64,000 nucleotides of DNA from an uncultured Haloferula sp. (GTDB lineage: Bacteria > Verrucomicrobiota > Verrucomicrobiia > Verrucomicrobiales > Akkermansiaceae): assembly GCA_965652295.1 (NCBI GenBank), contig CBFGTS010000007.1:96001-160000 (forward strand). The letters are read 5' to 3'. This document shows, in pieces, positions 7,782 to 17,667 of the stretch. The notes beneath the pieces are model-generated. The model was not told where the DNA came from and did not search any database. It saw only the letters and a list, made by a program, of their open reading frames with translations. Position 1 is the first letter of the stretch; each line of letters begins with the position of its first letter. The translations under genes were made by a program, and so were the position numbers.

Positions 7782-7815
7782 GCCTTTCCTGAGGGCGAAA
7801 TCGAGGTGAACATTC

Positions 7816-8127
7816 GTGAAAGAAATGCGCGGCGATTTGCCTCGTGATCCGGATAGTGGACGGGAAGATTTCGTTTTGATGAAAAACCTGGAAGATGCCT
7901 TTATCGAGCTTGATGACGCCTTGGAGCGCGCAGTCGCAGCCGGTCTTGCCCTGAGGCAGTTGAGGACCAGTCGGATCCACGAAGTGTGGACTCCCGACAT
8001 CGGCTCCGAACTCGAGCCTCTCCTCAAGGAGATGTCGGATGCCTGCCATCTGCTGTACCAGGCAAATGAGACGGTCGAACTCATGAACCGGGAACGACTC
8101 AACTCCGCCGTATCGAGAGACGCTTGA
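7816..8127 (+). CDS. Hypothetical helical protein
   Basis: Protein-like ORF filling the gap; start uncertain. Confidence 0.45.
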   Translation: MKEMRGDLPRDPDSGREDFVLMKNLEDAFIELDDALERAVAAGLALRQLRTSRIHEVWTPDIGSELEPLLKEMSDACHLLYQANETVELMNRERLNSAVSRDA

Positions 8128-8184
8128 GTTTCACCCCGCGCCGCTTTCGGCGCTCGGGCATGCTGTTGGGAGGTGCCCTTTTTT

Positions 8185-9387
8185 TCAACGTGGAGCGGCC
8201 AATCTTTCCAGAGCGGTGCGGAGAACGGGATCGGTCCAGTCGTCAAGGCGGCGCTCTTCTTCGGCGGTGAGCGAGGTTCGGCGGAAAGAGAGAGCGATCT
8301 TCTCGCGGGTGGCGTCATCGGTTTCCACGGTCACGTCGGGCTCGATCCCGGTGAGATGGGGTGTCCTGCCACTGGGGGTGTGGTAGGTGGCGATGGTGAG
8401 GCGCAGGGCAGTGCCGCCGCCCATCGGGATGATGTTCTGAACCGAGCCTTTCCCGTAGGAGAGTTCACCGATGACTTCGGCCCGCTTGAGATCCTGCAAT
8501 GCTCCCGCCGTAAGTTCGGAGGCGGACGCGGAGCCGCGATCGATGAGGACGACGAGCGGGTAGTCACGCTTCTGGCGCTGTCGGTCCGGAGTCCGGAGGG
8601 TTTCATCGGTCCCGCCACGGGCGCGGGTGGTGACGACTTCAGTGTCGGGCGGCAGAAAAAGACCGAGGATTTTCACCGTGGCGGCGAGCGATCCGCCGGG
8701 GTTGCCGCGGAGGTCGAGGATGAGGCGCTGCATGCCGCCTTCTTCCATTTCGTCGAGAGAGGCCTCGATTTCACGCGGAGCGGCGTCGGTGAATTCCGCG
8801 AGCCGAAGGTAACCGGTGTCGGTCTCGGGGATCAGGTGGAAATCAGTCACCGCGCGGGTGGGGACAGCGTGGTGGGTGAGTTCGACCTCGATCGGCTTCG
8901 GCGCGGCAGGGGACTTGAGTGTCAAGGTGGAGGTCTCGCCGGGTTCCTGGCGGAGGGCGTTGAGGGTGGCGGCGAGATCGGTCACCGGAAGCCCGTCGAT
9001 TTCCAAAAGAGCCGAGCCCGGGATCAGCTCGGCGGCGGTGGCAGGGGAGCCGGGGAGGACTTGGGCGAGGTAGGCACCGTCGTCGCGCCACCCGAGGACG
9101 AGGCCGAGGGATGGAAGCGAAGGGTCGAGGTCGGGATCGGCCTTCATCATGGCCGCCATTTCCGGGTGGATGAAGGATGAGTGGGGATCGAGCGAGGCGA
9201 GCATGCCTTCCAGCGCGTGATTCACGAGGCGGTCGTAGGCCAGCTTGTCGACATCAGGGTGGCGCTGGCGGACCTGTTCGAGCACCTCGACGAAACGCTC
9301 GATCGCCGGATAGGCGGCTTCCTCCGGATCCGGCGGGGATTGGGCGAGAAGCGGGGTGCAGAGGGAGAGGAGAAGCAGATGTCGCAC
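8185..9387 (-). CDS. Carboxyl-terminal processing protease, S41A
   Basis: Signal peptide, LDPHS, PDZ, LDLRGNPGG, SASASE, SYGKGSVQ. Confidence 0.95.
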   Translation of the reverse strand: MRHLLLLSLCTPLLAQSPPDPEEAAYPAIERFVEVLEQVRQRHPDVDKLAYDRLVNHALEGMLASLDPHSSFIHPEMAAMMKADPDLDPSLPSLGLVLGWRDDGAYLAQVLPGSPATAAELIPGSALLEIDGLPVTDLAATLNALRQEPGETSTLTLKSPAAPKPIEVELTHHAVPTRAVTDFHLIPETDTGYLRLAEFTDAAPREIEASLDEMEEGGMQRLILDLRGNPGGSLAATVKILGLFLPPDTEVVTTRARGGTDETLRTPDRQRQKRDYPLVVLIDRGSASASELTAGALQDLKRAEVIGELSYGKGSVQNIIPMGGGTALRLTIATYHTPSGRTPHLTGIEPDVTVETDDATREKIALSFRRTSLTAEEERRLDDWTDPVLRTALERLAAPR

Positions 9388-9440
9388 GCGAGGATGTTGC
9401 CGATTCCACGCGCTGGTGCGAAGGGAGAAGTGGGGTGGTG

Positions 9441-9695
9441 TTAATCGGTGTGCCGGCGGAGCCAGGCTGCCGCGTACCCGCAGATGGGGCGGATTTTGAG
9501 GCCGCGGGCGCGGGCGATTTCCACAAGTCCCTGCATCAGGCGCCCGGCGGTGCCCTGACCCCGTAGGGCGGGGTCGGCCTCGACGTGGGGAATCACCAGG
9601 GTGTCGCCCTCAAGGCGGTAATCGGCGAAGGCGAGCTTGTCCTGCTCGACCAGCTCGAAGCGCTGGAGCCTGGGGTTGTCCGTGACGCCATACAT
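9441..9695 (-). CDS. Small GNAT acetyltransferase (YjdJ-like)
   Basis: PALRGQGTAGRL, IRPICGY. Confidence 0.85.
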   Translation of the reverse strand: MYGVTDNPRLQRFELVEQDKLAFADYRLEGDTLVIPHVEADPALRGQGTAGRLMQGLVEIARARGLKIRPICGYAAAWLRRHTD

Positions 9696-9698
9696 GAC

Positions 9699-10070
9699 TC
9701 AGATGCGGGTCAGCCAGGTCTCGGCATCGGTCTCGGCGCTGAGGGGGAAGGCTTTGACTTCGAGATTGGGGAAAAGATGCCCTTCCCACTCGCTGACATT
9801 TCGCAGCCAGTTTTTGTCGGCCAGGATGGCGGCGCGCCGGAATCGCTTCATGAGGTGCAACATCTTCGGCATGCGGGAGATCTCCAAGGCCATCGCTCCC
9901 GGCGTGGGGATGTGGAAGTCGTCGATGCGATAGAGCATCGTGCCGGTCCCGTCCTCGATCGTTTCGGCCTGGGCGGCAAATTCATCGAGAACCTCGCGCA
10001 TGGTATCGCGGTCGAGTTTGCCGCCGAAGGTGATGTCGAGGTGGTTGCCGGTGCGGTGGATCTTGAACAT
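9699..10070 (-). CDS. SpoIIAA-like (STAS/SEC14) protein
   Basis: FRRAAILADKNWL...EVKAF...AETWL. Confidence 0.8.
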   Translation of the reverse strand: MFKIHRTGNHLDITFGGKLDRDTMREVLDEFAAQAETIEDGTGTMLYRIDDFHIPTPGAMALEISRMPKMLHLMKRFRRAAILADKNWLRNVSEWEGHLFPNLEVKAFPLSAETDAETWLTRI

Positions 10071-10134
10071 GACGGAAGTGGTTCGGTTCATGATACCGAT
10101 CGCACGCTTCGACGCCCTGCGCAAAGAAAGCATT

Positions 10135-11007
10135 TCATGACCGCCGGCGGCGGAGCATGAGCGAGCCCAAGGGTAGGAGCAGGAGAATCCCCGAGGGCTC
10201 CGGGACGGCGACGATCCCGGTATTTTCCGTGATCCACGGGAAGAAGGAGTCGAGGTAGGTCGCACCACTGATCGCGCCGTAGCGGCTGTTGGTGCCCTGC
10301 GGACGGCTGTCGAGGGTGCTGCGGAAGCTGGCGATGCCGACCAGTCGCGGGACGCCGTTGATGGTCACGAATACCCCGCCGCCGCTGTCGCCTGGCGCCA
10401 CCGCACCTTCCAAGGCACTGGCCAGAGAGGAGGAGCCGGGTGCGTTGTCGAGGTCGTTGCCGCTGTCGAAATCGGAGAGAATCGAGGAGCCGGGAAGGCC
10501 TTCGTAGTCGGGATGATCGCCGAACACGTCGATGACATTGGTGAAGGCGCGCGTCTCGATCACCGGATTGGCACCCGAAGTGCCGGTGCCGGTGAAACCG
10601 GTGCCGACCCAGGTGGCGTCGAGGCCGATCACATCGGTCGGCGTGCCGAACTGATTCATACTGGCGGCAGGGACGTTGCCCACCGCGGTCTGAAGGAAGA
10701 GCAGCCCGAGATCGGAGCTTGGAAACGAGAAATCTGGATGGGGAATGGCGGTGGTGACCGAGTAGATCGTCCCGCCGAGGGTGAAGGTGCCGCTGCCGGA
10801 TTTACCTTGGGCGATATGTCCGGCCGTGAGCACCCAGCGATCCCCGATCAGGACGCCGGAGCCTTGAAGCCCGGGGCCGCCGACCGTGCCGACAGAAGGA
10901 AACTGGGTGGCGAGGTCGCGGGAAAGCTGCGGATCGACCGAATCGAGGAGAGTTGAACCGAAAGCCATGGGCATTCCGAGCAGGCCGACGAGGAGGCGGA
11001 AAAGCAT
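10135..11007 (-). CDS. Trypsin-like serine protease with PEP-CTERM sorting signal
   Basis: LTAGH, SDLGLL, GDSGG triad; VPEPS-TM-RRRR tail. Confidence 0.92.
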   Translation of the reverse strand: MLFRLLVGLLGMPMAFGSTLLDSVDPQLSRDLATQFPSVGTVGGPGLQGSGVLIGDRWVLTAGHIAQGKSGSGTFTLGGTIYSVTTAIPHPDFSFPSSDLGLLFLQTAVGNVPAASMNQFGTPTDVIGLDATWVGTGFTGTGTSGANPVIETRAFTNVIDVFGDHPDYEGLPGSSILSDFDSGNDLDNAPGSSSLASALEGAVAPGDSGGGVFVTINGVPRLVGIASFRSTLDSRPQGTNSRYGAISGATYLDSFFPWITENTGIVAVPEPSGILLLLPLGSLMLRRRRS

Positions 11008-11117
11008 GACTTATGGAATAGGTGGAACCGGTTCGATAAGACACTTCTTTCTGAGCTGACGATGAGATTTCAGAAGTGCTGAGTCGTGGCGGTGACAATG
11101 AGCAGCTTGTTGTCCGT

Positions 11118-12911
11118 CTAGCCCAGAAGCGATCTGGCGAGCGAATAGCCGGATTTGTCCGGAGCTTTGCCGTTGGCGGAAAGGAGTTGCTCGCAGCGGT
11201 GCGCGCCGCGGTCGCAGATGTACTGGGCGATCTGAATCGAGTGTCTGTCCCCGAGGTGATGGGCGCGGGCGGCGGAGACGCTCATGGTGAGCAGCTCGGC
11301 GGCGGTATCGACGAGGCGTCCCAGGAGGAGCTGCTGGCGGTCGAGTTTCGGACCGTATCTTGCCATGGAGTGGAAGATGGCGCGGGCAAGCCGACGACTC
11401 AGCGACGCGGTGCGGCGCATGGAGGACTTGAGGCCGCCGTCGAGGTCGTGGGGGAGTTTGCCGGAAACCGGCAGCCAGCGCTGCGGATACCAGCGGGCGT
11501 AGTGAAGGCCGGCGGAAACGGCGGTTTTCGCGCGCTCGGACATGGGTTTGCGGGTGTCAAGAGCGGCGGCCCCGCGGCGCAGATGGGGATCGAGCGCCTC
11601 ACGGGCGATGAAGAGATGCATGATTTCGGTGGATCCCTCGAAGATCGTGTTGATACGGGAATCGCGGAGAAGGCGTTCGATGGGGTCGGGCTTTTCGCCG
11701 CGGCTGCGGAGTGAGTCCGCGGTTTCATAGCCACGTCCACCTTTGATCTGCATGGTGGAATCGACGCCGTGCCAGCCGGCTTCGGTGCCCCAGAGCTTGG
11801 CGATGGCGGCTTCCATGCGGATGTCCGAGGAGTGGTCGCGGTCGACCAGGGCGGAGGTGAAAAGTACGAGGCTCTCCGTAGCGAAGGCGTCGGCGGCGAG
11901 ATCGGCCAGCTTGGCGGCGATGGCGGCGTGTTTGCCGATTTCCTGGCCCCACTGGACGCGGGTGCGTGACCAATCGAGCGCCATATCGAGACAGCGGTCG
12001 AGCAAACCGACGCAGGCGGCGGGGAGGGTGAGACGTCCGGTGTTGAGGGTGGTGAGTGCAACCTTGAGGCCCTTGCCGACGCCACCGACGACGTTCTCGT
12101 TTGGGATCCGGACATCGGTGAAACGAATCACGCCATTGTAGAGCGCCTTGAGGCCCATGAAGTGACAGCGGTTGACGATCTCGACGCCGGGCCAGTTGGT
12201 CTCGACGATGAAGGCGGTAGTCGCGTGCGGCTTCTCCTCGGTCCGGGTGCGTGCCATGACGATGACCGCGTCGGATTTGAGGACGTTCGTGCACCAGAGT
12301 TTCTCGCCGTTGAGCACCCAGCCATCGCCGGTGTATCGCGCCTCGGTTTTCATCCGGGCGGGATCGGATCCGACTTCCTTTTCGGTGAGGGCGAAGGCGG
12401 AAATGGAGCCGGCGGCGCAGCGGGTGAGGTATTTCTTTTTCTGCGCCTCGGTGCCGAAAACGAGCAGGGGCTGCGGCAGGCCGATCGACTGGTGGGCGGA
12501 AAGCAGTGCGGTGAGGTTGCCGCAATGGCTGCCGAGCACCATGGCGGCGCGGGAGTAGTTGGTTTGGGAAAGCCCGAGGCCTCCGTATTCAGCCGGGATC
12601 TTGATGCCGAAGGCTCCGAGGCGGGCGAGCCCTTCGATCACATGGTCGGGGATCTCGCCGTCGCGATCGATGGCGTCGGGATCGGTTTCGTTTTCAAGAA
12701 AGTTGCGGAGTTTCGAAATGAACTCGTCGCCAGCGGCGCGGTCGTCGTCCGGCTGGGCGGGAAAGGGGAAGATGAGGGAGAAGTCGGGCGAGCCGTTGAA
12801 GACGGAGGCGGCGAAACCGGAGAGTTCGCGGGTATCACGCGAGGACTCCGCGAGCTCGAGCGCGGCGCGCTGGCCCTCGGTCATTTTGGAGGTGTCGATC
12901 AGGCTGCTCAT
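11118..12911 (-). CDS. Acyl-CoA dehydrogenase (long form)
   Basis: AFALTE..VGSD, LNGEKLWCTN, QIKGGRGY, IFEGSTEI. Confidence 0.95.
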   Translation of the reverse strand: MSSLIDTSKMTEGQRAALELAESSRDTRELSGFAASVFNGSPDFSLIFPFPAQPDDDRAAGDEFISKLRNFLENETDPDAIDRDGEIPDHVIEGLARLGAFGIKIPAEYGGLGLSQTNYSRAAMVLGSHCGNLTALLSAHQSIGLPQPLLVFGTEAQKKKYLTRCAAGSISAFALTEKEVGSDPARMKTEARYTGDGWVLNGEKLWCTNVLKSDAVIVMARTRTEEKPHATTAFIVETNWPGVEIVNRCHFMGLKALYNGVIRFTDVRIPNENVVGGVGKGLKVALTTLNTGRLTLPAACVGLLDRCLDMALDWSRTRVQWGQEIGKHAAIAAKLADLAADAFATESLVLFTSALVDRDHSSDIRMEAAIAKLWGTEAGWHGVDSTMQIKGGRGYETADSLRSRGEKPDPIERLLRDSRINTIFEGSTEIMHLFIAREALDPHLRRGAAALDTRKPMSERAKTAVSAGLHYARWYPQRWLPVSGKLPHDLDGGLKSSMRRTASLSRRLARAIFHSMARYGPKLDRQQLLLGRLVDTAAELLTMSVSAARAHHLGDRHSIQIAQYICDRGAHRCEQLLSANGKAPDKSGYSLARSLLG

Positions 12912-12917
12912 GGCGGT

Positions 12918-14873
12918 TCACTTACTGGATTTATCGTAGATGGGTCCGCCGCGGAAAGGGGCGAAGCCGGTGCCGAGGACCATGGCGAGGTCGATGTCGT
13001 CGGCGGACTCGGCGACGCCCTCGTCGAGGCAGCGGCTGGCTTCGTCAGCCATGAGTTGCGCGAGGCGGCTTTGGAGATCCCGCGGGGCGGCTTCGGAGCC
13101 GGAGCGCAGGCTGAGGGCCTGCGGCGAGGGTTCGTGGCCCTTTTTTCCGTAGTGATAGAATCCCCTGCTGGTTTTGCGGCCGAGGTGCCCGGCCTCGACG
13201 AGCTTTCCGGCGATGGCGGGGACGCGCATCCGGTCGGGGAAGGCGGCGGCGAGGGTGCGGGCGACGTGGACGGCGACGTCGAGGCCGACCTCGTCGAGCA
13301 ATCGCAGCGGGCCCATGGGCATGCCGTAGTCGAGCATGGCGTCATCGATGACCTTCGGGTTGCCGCCCTTTTCGAAGATGTCGGCGGCCTCGACGAGGTA
13401 GGGGAGGAGGATGCGGTTGACGAGGAAGCCGGGCGAATCTTTGACCAGCACGGGCGTTTTGCCGATGCGGCGGACGAAAGCGATGGCGGTGGCGATGGCT
13501 TCGTCGGAAGTGGCAGGTGTGCGCACGACTTCGACGAGCTGCATGCGGTGGACGGGATTGAAGAAGTGAAGGCCGAGCAGGCGCGAGGGGTTGTCGATGG
13601 CATCCGCGAGTTCGTGGATCGGGAGGGCGGAGGTGTTGGTGGCGAGGATGGCGCCGGAGCTGGTGCGCTGCGAAAGATCGGCGAAGATCTTCTTTTTAAT
13701 GGCGAGTTCTTCGGATGCGGCCTCGATGACAAGCTGGCAGCGGTGGAGCGGAACCGGCTTCGCGGTGGCACGGACGCGGTCGTATCCACGGGCGGCTTCG
13801 GTCGCGGTGAGGATGTGCTTCTTACGGGATGTCTCGTAGTTCTGTGAAATGCGGTCCATACCGGCGGCGACGGCTTTTTCTGAGATATCGCGCAGGACGA
13901 CATCAACCCCCCGCGTGCTCAGCCAGTAGGCGATGCCGGCCCCCATGACGCCGGCTCCGATTACTGCGGTGCGGTCGATCGGACGCGGGTCGGCATCGGT
14001 GTAGCGGTATTTTTTGGCGCGCTCCGTGAGATGGAAGAGGCGCATCAGGCTGGCGGTTTCCGGACGACCGGCGAGGTGCAGGATGGCGTCCTTTTCGCGG
14101 GCGAAGGAGGCGTTTTGTGATCCGGAGACGGCGTGACACATGACCTCGAGCGCGGCGGGCTGGGCGGGGTAGAGGCCGCGGGTTTTATCTTCCAACGAAC
14201 CGGTGGCGTTCTTGCGGATGATCGCGACCGAGACGGGGTTGTGGAGGAGGGGGTGGCGGGGCGCGGAACGGATGCCGTTTTTGAGAAAACCGAGGGAGTG
14301 GGACTGGAGGTGCTCGTGCGGGACGACGGCGTCGACCAGACCCTTGCGGCGGGCGGCTTCCGGTTTGAGGAGCTTGCCGCCGAGGACGAGGGGGAGGGCG
14401 GTGGGCAGGCCGACGAGGCGGGGGAGGCGTGTGGATCCGCCCCAGGCGGGGAGGATGCCGAGCTTGGTTTCGGGCAGGCCGATGCGGGTTTTCGAGGAAT
14501 CCGAAGCGACGCGCCAGTCGCAGGCGAGGGCGAGTTCGTAGCCGCCGCCGACGCAGGCACCATGGATCGCGGCGACGGTGGGAATGGAGAGGTTTTCGAG
14601 ACGGTTGAAGACGCGGTGGCCGAGATCGATGAGCGAGGCGAGTTCGTCGCCGGTGGCCTTGGAAAGGGTGTCGAGATCGGCTCCGGCAATGAAGATGGAG
14701 GGCTTTGCGGAGCGGATGAGGAGACCCTTGAGACCTTTGTCGGCGGCAATCTGGTCGAGGAAATCGGAGAGTTCGTGAAGGGTGCCACGGTCGAAGATGT
14801 TGGCGGATGAGCCCTCACGGTCGAAGGTGAGGGTGGCGATGCCGTGGTCGGTGGTGAGGGAGAGGTTGGACAT
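12918..14873 (-). CDS. Enoyl-CoA hydratase/3-hydroxyacyl-CoA dehydrogenase (FadB/FadJ-like)
   Basis: FIAGAD, GGGYELALAC, GAGVMG, TNTS, GLHFFNP. Confidence 0.95.
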   Translation of the reverse strand: MSNLSLTTDHGIATLTFDREGSSANIFDRGTLHELSDFLDQIAADKGLKGLLIRSAKPSIFIAGADLDTLSKATGDELASLIDLGHRVFNRLENLSIPTVAAIHGACVGGGYELALACDWRVASDSSKTRIGLPETKLGILPAWGGSTRLPRLVGLPTALPLVLGGKLLKPEAARRKGLVDAVVPHEHLQSHSLGFLKNGIRSAPRHPLLHNPVSVAIIRKNATGSLEDKTRGLYPAQPAALEVMCHAVSGSQNASFAREKDAILHLAGRPETASLMRLFHLTERAKKYRYTDADPRPIDRTAVIGAGVMGAGIAYWLSTRGVDVVLRDISEKAVAAGMDRISQNYETSRKKHILTATEAARGYDRVRATAKPVPLHRCQLVIEAASEELAIKKKIFADLSQRTSSGAILATNTSALPIHELADAIDNPSRLLGLHFFNPVHRMQLVEVVRTPATSDEAIATAIAFVRRIGKTPVLVKDSPGFLVNRILLPYLVEAADIFEKGGNPKVIDDAMLDYGMPMGPLRLLDEVGLDVAVHVARTLAAAFPDRMRVPAIAGKLVEAGHLGRKTSRGFYHYGKKGHEPSPQALSLRSGSEAAPRDLQSRLAQLMADEASRCLDEGVAESADDIDLAMVLGTGFAPFRGGPIYDKSSK

Positions 14874-14885
14874 GAAAGTTTGTTG

Positions 14886-14906
14886 GTTTTCAGTGTTCCG
14901 TTTTCA
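14886..14906. repeat. Heptamer array (GTTTTCA type), solo
   Basis: GTTTTCA GTGTTCC GTTTTCA between thiolase and fadJ-like gene. Confidence 0.55.
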
Positions 14907-14920
14907 GGTCCGCTGGTGCG

Positions 14921-16150
14921 TCAACGTTCGAGGAAAAGGGCGGCACCCTGGCCTCCGCCGACGCAGAGGGTGCAGAGGGCGCGGTGGGCCTTGAGTTCGC
15001 GGAGTTGATCGAGCGCGGTAAGGACGAGGCGGGCTCCGGTGGCTCCGACGGGGTGACCGAGAGCGATGGCTCCGCCGCGGCGGTTGAGGATTTCCGAAGG
15101 GATGTCCCAACCGGTGCGGGAAAGCTCTTTCAAGACGGCGATGGCTTGGGCGGCGAAGGCTTCGTTGAGTTCGACGATTTCGGCGCTGGCGGGATCGACG
15201 CCGCGGTGACGGAGGCGGGCGATGGCATGGACGGGGCCGAGGCCCATGCGGGCGGGATCGCAGCCGCTGTAGGCGAAGGCGGTCAGACGACCGAGCGGCT
15301 CAAGGCCAAGCCGCTGGGCGGCGGCTTCGGTGCCGACGAGCAGGGCGACGGCTCCATCGGTGATCTGCGAGCTGTTGCCGGCGGTGACGGTGCCGGTGCG
15401 CTTGTCGAAAATGGGACGGAGCTTTGCGAGTCGTTCGGGCGTGGAATCGTCGCGGATGCCGTTGTCGGCGGTGACCGCCTTGCCGTGGAGATGGACGGGG
15501 GAAATCTCGGTCTTGAGGGCGTCCATGGCGTTGAGGGCCTTGCGGTGGGACTCGGCGGCGAACGCATCCTGTTCGCTACGAGAGATATCGTACTCGCGGG
15601 CGAGGACCTCGGCGGTGTCGCCCATGATCATGCCGGAGACGGGATCGGTGAGGCCGAGTTGGAGGCCGATGCGGGGTTTGAAATCGGCGGTGGTGAACGA
15701 GCTCAGGGCGGAGAGCTTCTGGCCCAGCGACCTGGCGCGCTGGAGACGGGCGAGTTTTTTTGCGGTGGCGTGGGGGTAGAGGAGCGGGATGCGGGACATG
15801 CTCTCGGTGCCACCGACGAGGAAGAGATCGCCGTGACCGCTGGCGGCGCGCTGGGCGGCGGTGGTGATGGCTTCCATGCCGGAGGCGCAGTTGCGGTGGA
15901 CGGTGGCGGCGGGCACGTGCTGTGGAACGCCGGCGCGGAGGGCGATGACGCGGGCGATGTTGGCGGCGTCGGCGGGTTGGGCGACGCAGCCGAAGATGAC
16001 CTCGGAGATTTCACCGGGGTCGATGCCGGTCTGCGTGAGTACGGCGGCGGCGGCGTGCCGACCGAGATCGGCGGCGTCGAGCGGGTCGAGGTCGCTGCCC
16101 ATGCGGCAGAAAGGAGTGCGGGTGCCGGCGAGGATGAAGAGGGGTGACAT
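14921..16150 (-). CDS. Acetyl-CoA C-acyltransferase (thiolase)
   Basis: NCASG, NEAFA, GHPVGATG, CVGGGQG. Confidence 0.95.
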   Translation of the reverse strand: MSPLFILAGTRTPFCRMGSDLDPLDAADLGRHAAAAVLTQTGIDPGEISEVIFGCVAQPADAANIARVIALRAGVPQHVPAATVHRNCASGMEAITTAAQRAASGHGDLFLVGGTESMSRIPLLYPHATAKKLARLQRARSLGQKLSALSSFTTADFKPRIGLQLGLTDPVSGMIMGDTAEVLAREYDISRSEQDAFAAESHRKALNAMDALKTEISPVHLHGKAVTADNGIRDDSTPERLAKLRPIFDKRTGTVTAGNSSQITDGAVALLVGTEAAAQRLGLEPLGRLTAFAYSGCDPARMGLGPVHAIARLRHRGVDPASAEIVELNEAFAAQAIAVLKELSRTGWDIPSEILNRRGGAIALGHPVGATGARLVLTALDQLRELKAHRALCTLCVGGGQGAALFLER

Positions 16151-16154
16151 GGGA

Positions 16155-16195
16155 GAAGATGGAAGATGGTGATTGCGAGCTGAAGCTCGCGGTCC
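16155..16195. repeat. GAAGATG heptamers plus a single REP-like palindrome
   Basis: GAAGATG x2, then GCGAGCTGAAGCTCGCGGTCC, one mismatch from the unit at 53701-53721. Confidence 0.65.
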
Positions 16196-16206
16196 GATGA
16201 GGGCGG

Positions 16207-17667
16207 TCAGGTTTCCTTGGGGCGGTGATCGACGACTTTCTGCTCTTTGAGTTCCTTGCCTACGCCTTGCATGCGACGCATCTCGTCCCAGGTGTGGAAA
16301 CCGATGTCGTTGGGCGAGAACTCGGTGACTTTGTGAAAGCGTTCCTCGATCCGTTCGCGGAGTTCGTCCTTGCCGATGCCTTCGAGGGGGACGGCGTGGA
16401 CGAGGACGAGATCGCTTTCGAGCGGGTCGTCATTCCGCTTCCGGAGTTCGATCTGCCAAGCACCGAGGCCGTCGGTGTCGTCGAGGAGATTCTCAAGGGC
16501 GTTGAAATCGACGAGGGTACCCTTGAGCTTACCGATGTTGAGGCGGCGGATGTCGGAAACCCGGGAGATTTTTCCGATCAGCCGCGGGCAGGTGCGGCCG
16601 CAGTAGGGGCAGGGCTCACGGGTGATGCCGCCATCGATGAGGTCGCCGGTTCGGTAGCGGAGGACGACGGTGCCGCGGGCGTCCAAGGGCGTGTAAACGA
16701 TTTCGCCGGGCTGGCCATCAGGGACCCGCTCGCCGCTCTCGGGGTCGATGATTTCCACGAATCCCATGTCAGGATAGGTGTGGAAGCCGGAGGGCTCGGA
16801 GCCGGCCTCGGGCGGCATGCATTCGGTCCAGGCAATCTTGGCTTCGGTGAAGCCGTAGGTGGACATGATGCGGACATCGTTCGCACCAAGGTCGTTGCAG
16901 AGGGCGGTGATCTTCCGCCGCATGCCGCTGGGGACCTTCTCTCCGCCAAGGACGATGCGCTTGAGGTTGGTCCACTCGGATCCGTTCTCCTCGCCTTCCT
17001 GAAGAAGGTGATAGAGGAAGGTGGGCATGGCGATGATCGAGTCCGGGTTGATCTTGTCGATCAGGCGGATGTTTCCCTCCGTGCCCATGGTTTTCCCGCC
17101 GCCGGTGGAGAGCACGAAGGTGGTGAAGCCGAGGCCGGCATAGTGGGCCTGCCAGAAGGCGAGGTGGGGGGCGAAGGGAAAGGCGTTGATGTGCCGCCAG
17201 GAGTTCTCTGCTCCGCAGAGCTGCATGAGACGCTTGCCGCCTTCTTCGAGCCGGGCGAGGTCGTGCTTGGTGTAAAGAAACGGGACCGGCGCGGCGGAGC
17301 GGCCGGTGGTGCTGGTGAGGAGGATCGGGCGGAGTTCCTCGGCGAGCACCTGCTTCACGCCGCGGGGACCGTGGCGGAAGACTCTCCGCAAGGTGGACCA
17401 TTGCTTTTTGAGCACATCCTCATCGGGAATGATGACGAAGTCGCGCGGGTTTTCGATGTGGCTTTTTCTCGTGAACGGAATCCGCGTGAGGTCCTCGACG
17501 GTGCGGATCTCGCGCGGGTCGATGCCTTTTTCCTCGAACTGCTTCCGATAGTAGGCGGCGAAGGGCACGACGCGGTCGCGCAAATACGGGGTGAGCAGTT
17601 GGTTCTGGCGGTGGGCGATCTCGTCAGGCGACGCGGTCTCCCACCAGGTCTTCCCGCTGGGTTTCAT
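16207..17667 (-). CDS. Phenylacetate-CoA ligase-like adenylating enzyme
   Basis: STTGRS loop, GGEKV, STYGFTE, RYRTGD; start MKPSGK. Confidence 0.85.
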   Translation of the reverse strand: MKPSGKTWWETASPDEIAHRQNQLLTPYLRDRVVPFAAYYRKQFEEKGIDPREIRTVEDLTRIPFTRKSHIENPRDFVIIPDEDVLKKQWSTLRRVFRHGPRGVKQVLAEELRPILLTSTTGRSAAPVPFLYTKHDLARLEEGGKRLMQLCGAENSWRHINAFPFAPHLAFWQAHYAGLGFTTFVLSTGGGKTMGTEGNIRLIDKINPDSIIAMPTFLYHLLQEGEENGSEWTNLKRIVLGGEKVPSGMRRKITALCNDLGANDVRIMSTYGFTEAKIAWTECMPPEAGSEPSGFHTYPDMGFVEIIDPESGERVPDGQPGEIVYTPLDARGTVVLRYRTGDLIDGGITREPCPYCGRTCPRLIGKISRVSDIRRLNIGKLKGTLVDFNALENLLDDTDGLGAWQIELRKRNDDPLESDLVLVHAVPLEGIGKDELRERIEERFHKVTEFSPNDIGFHTWDEMRRMQGVGKELKEQKVVDHRPKET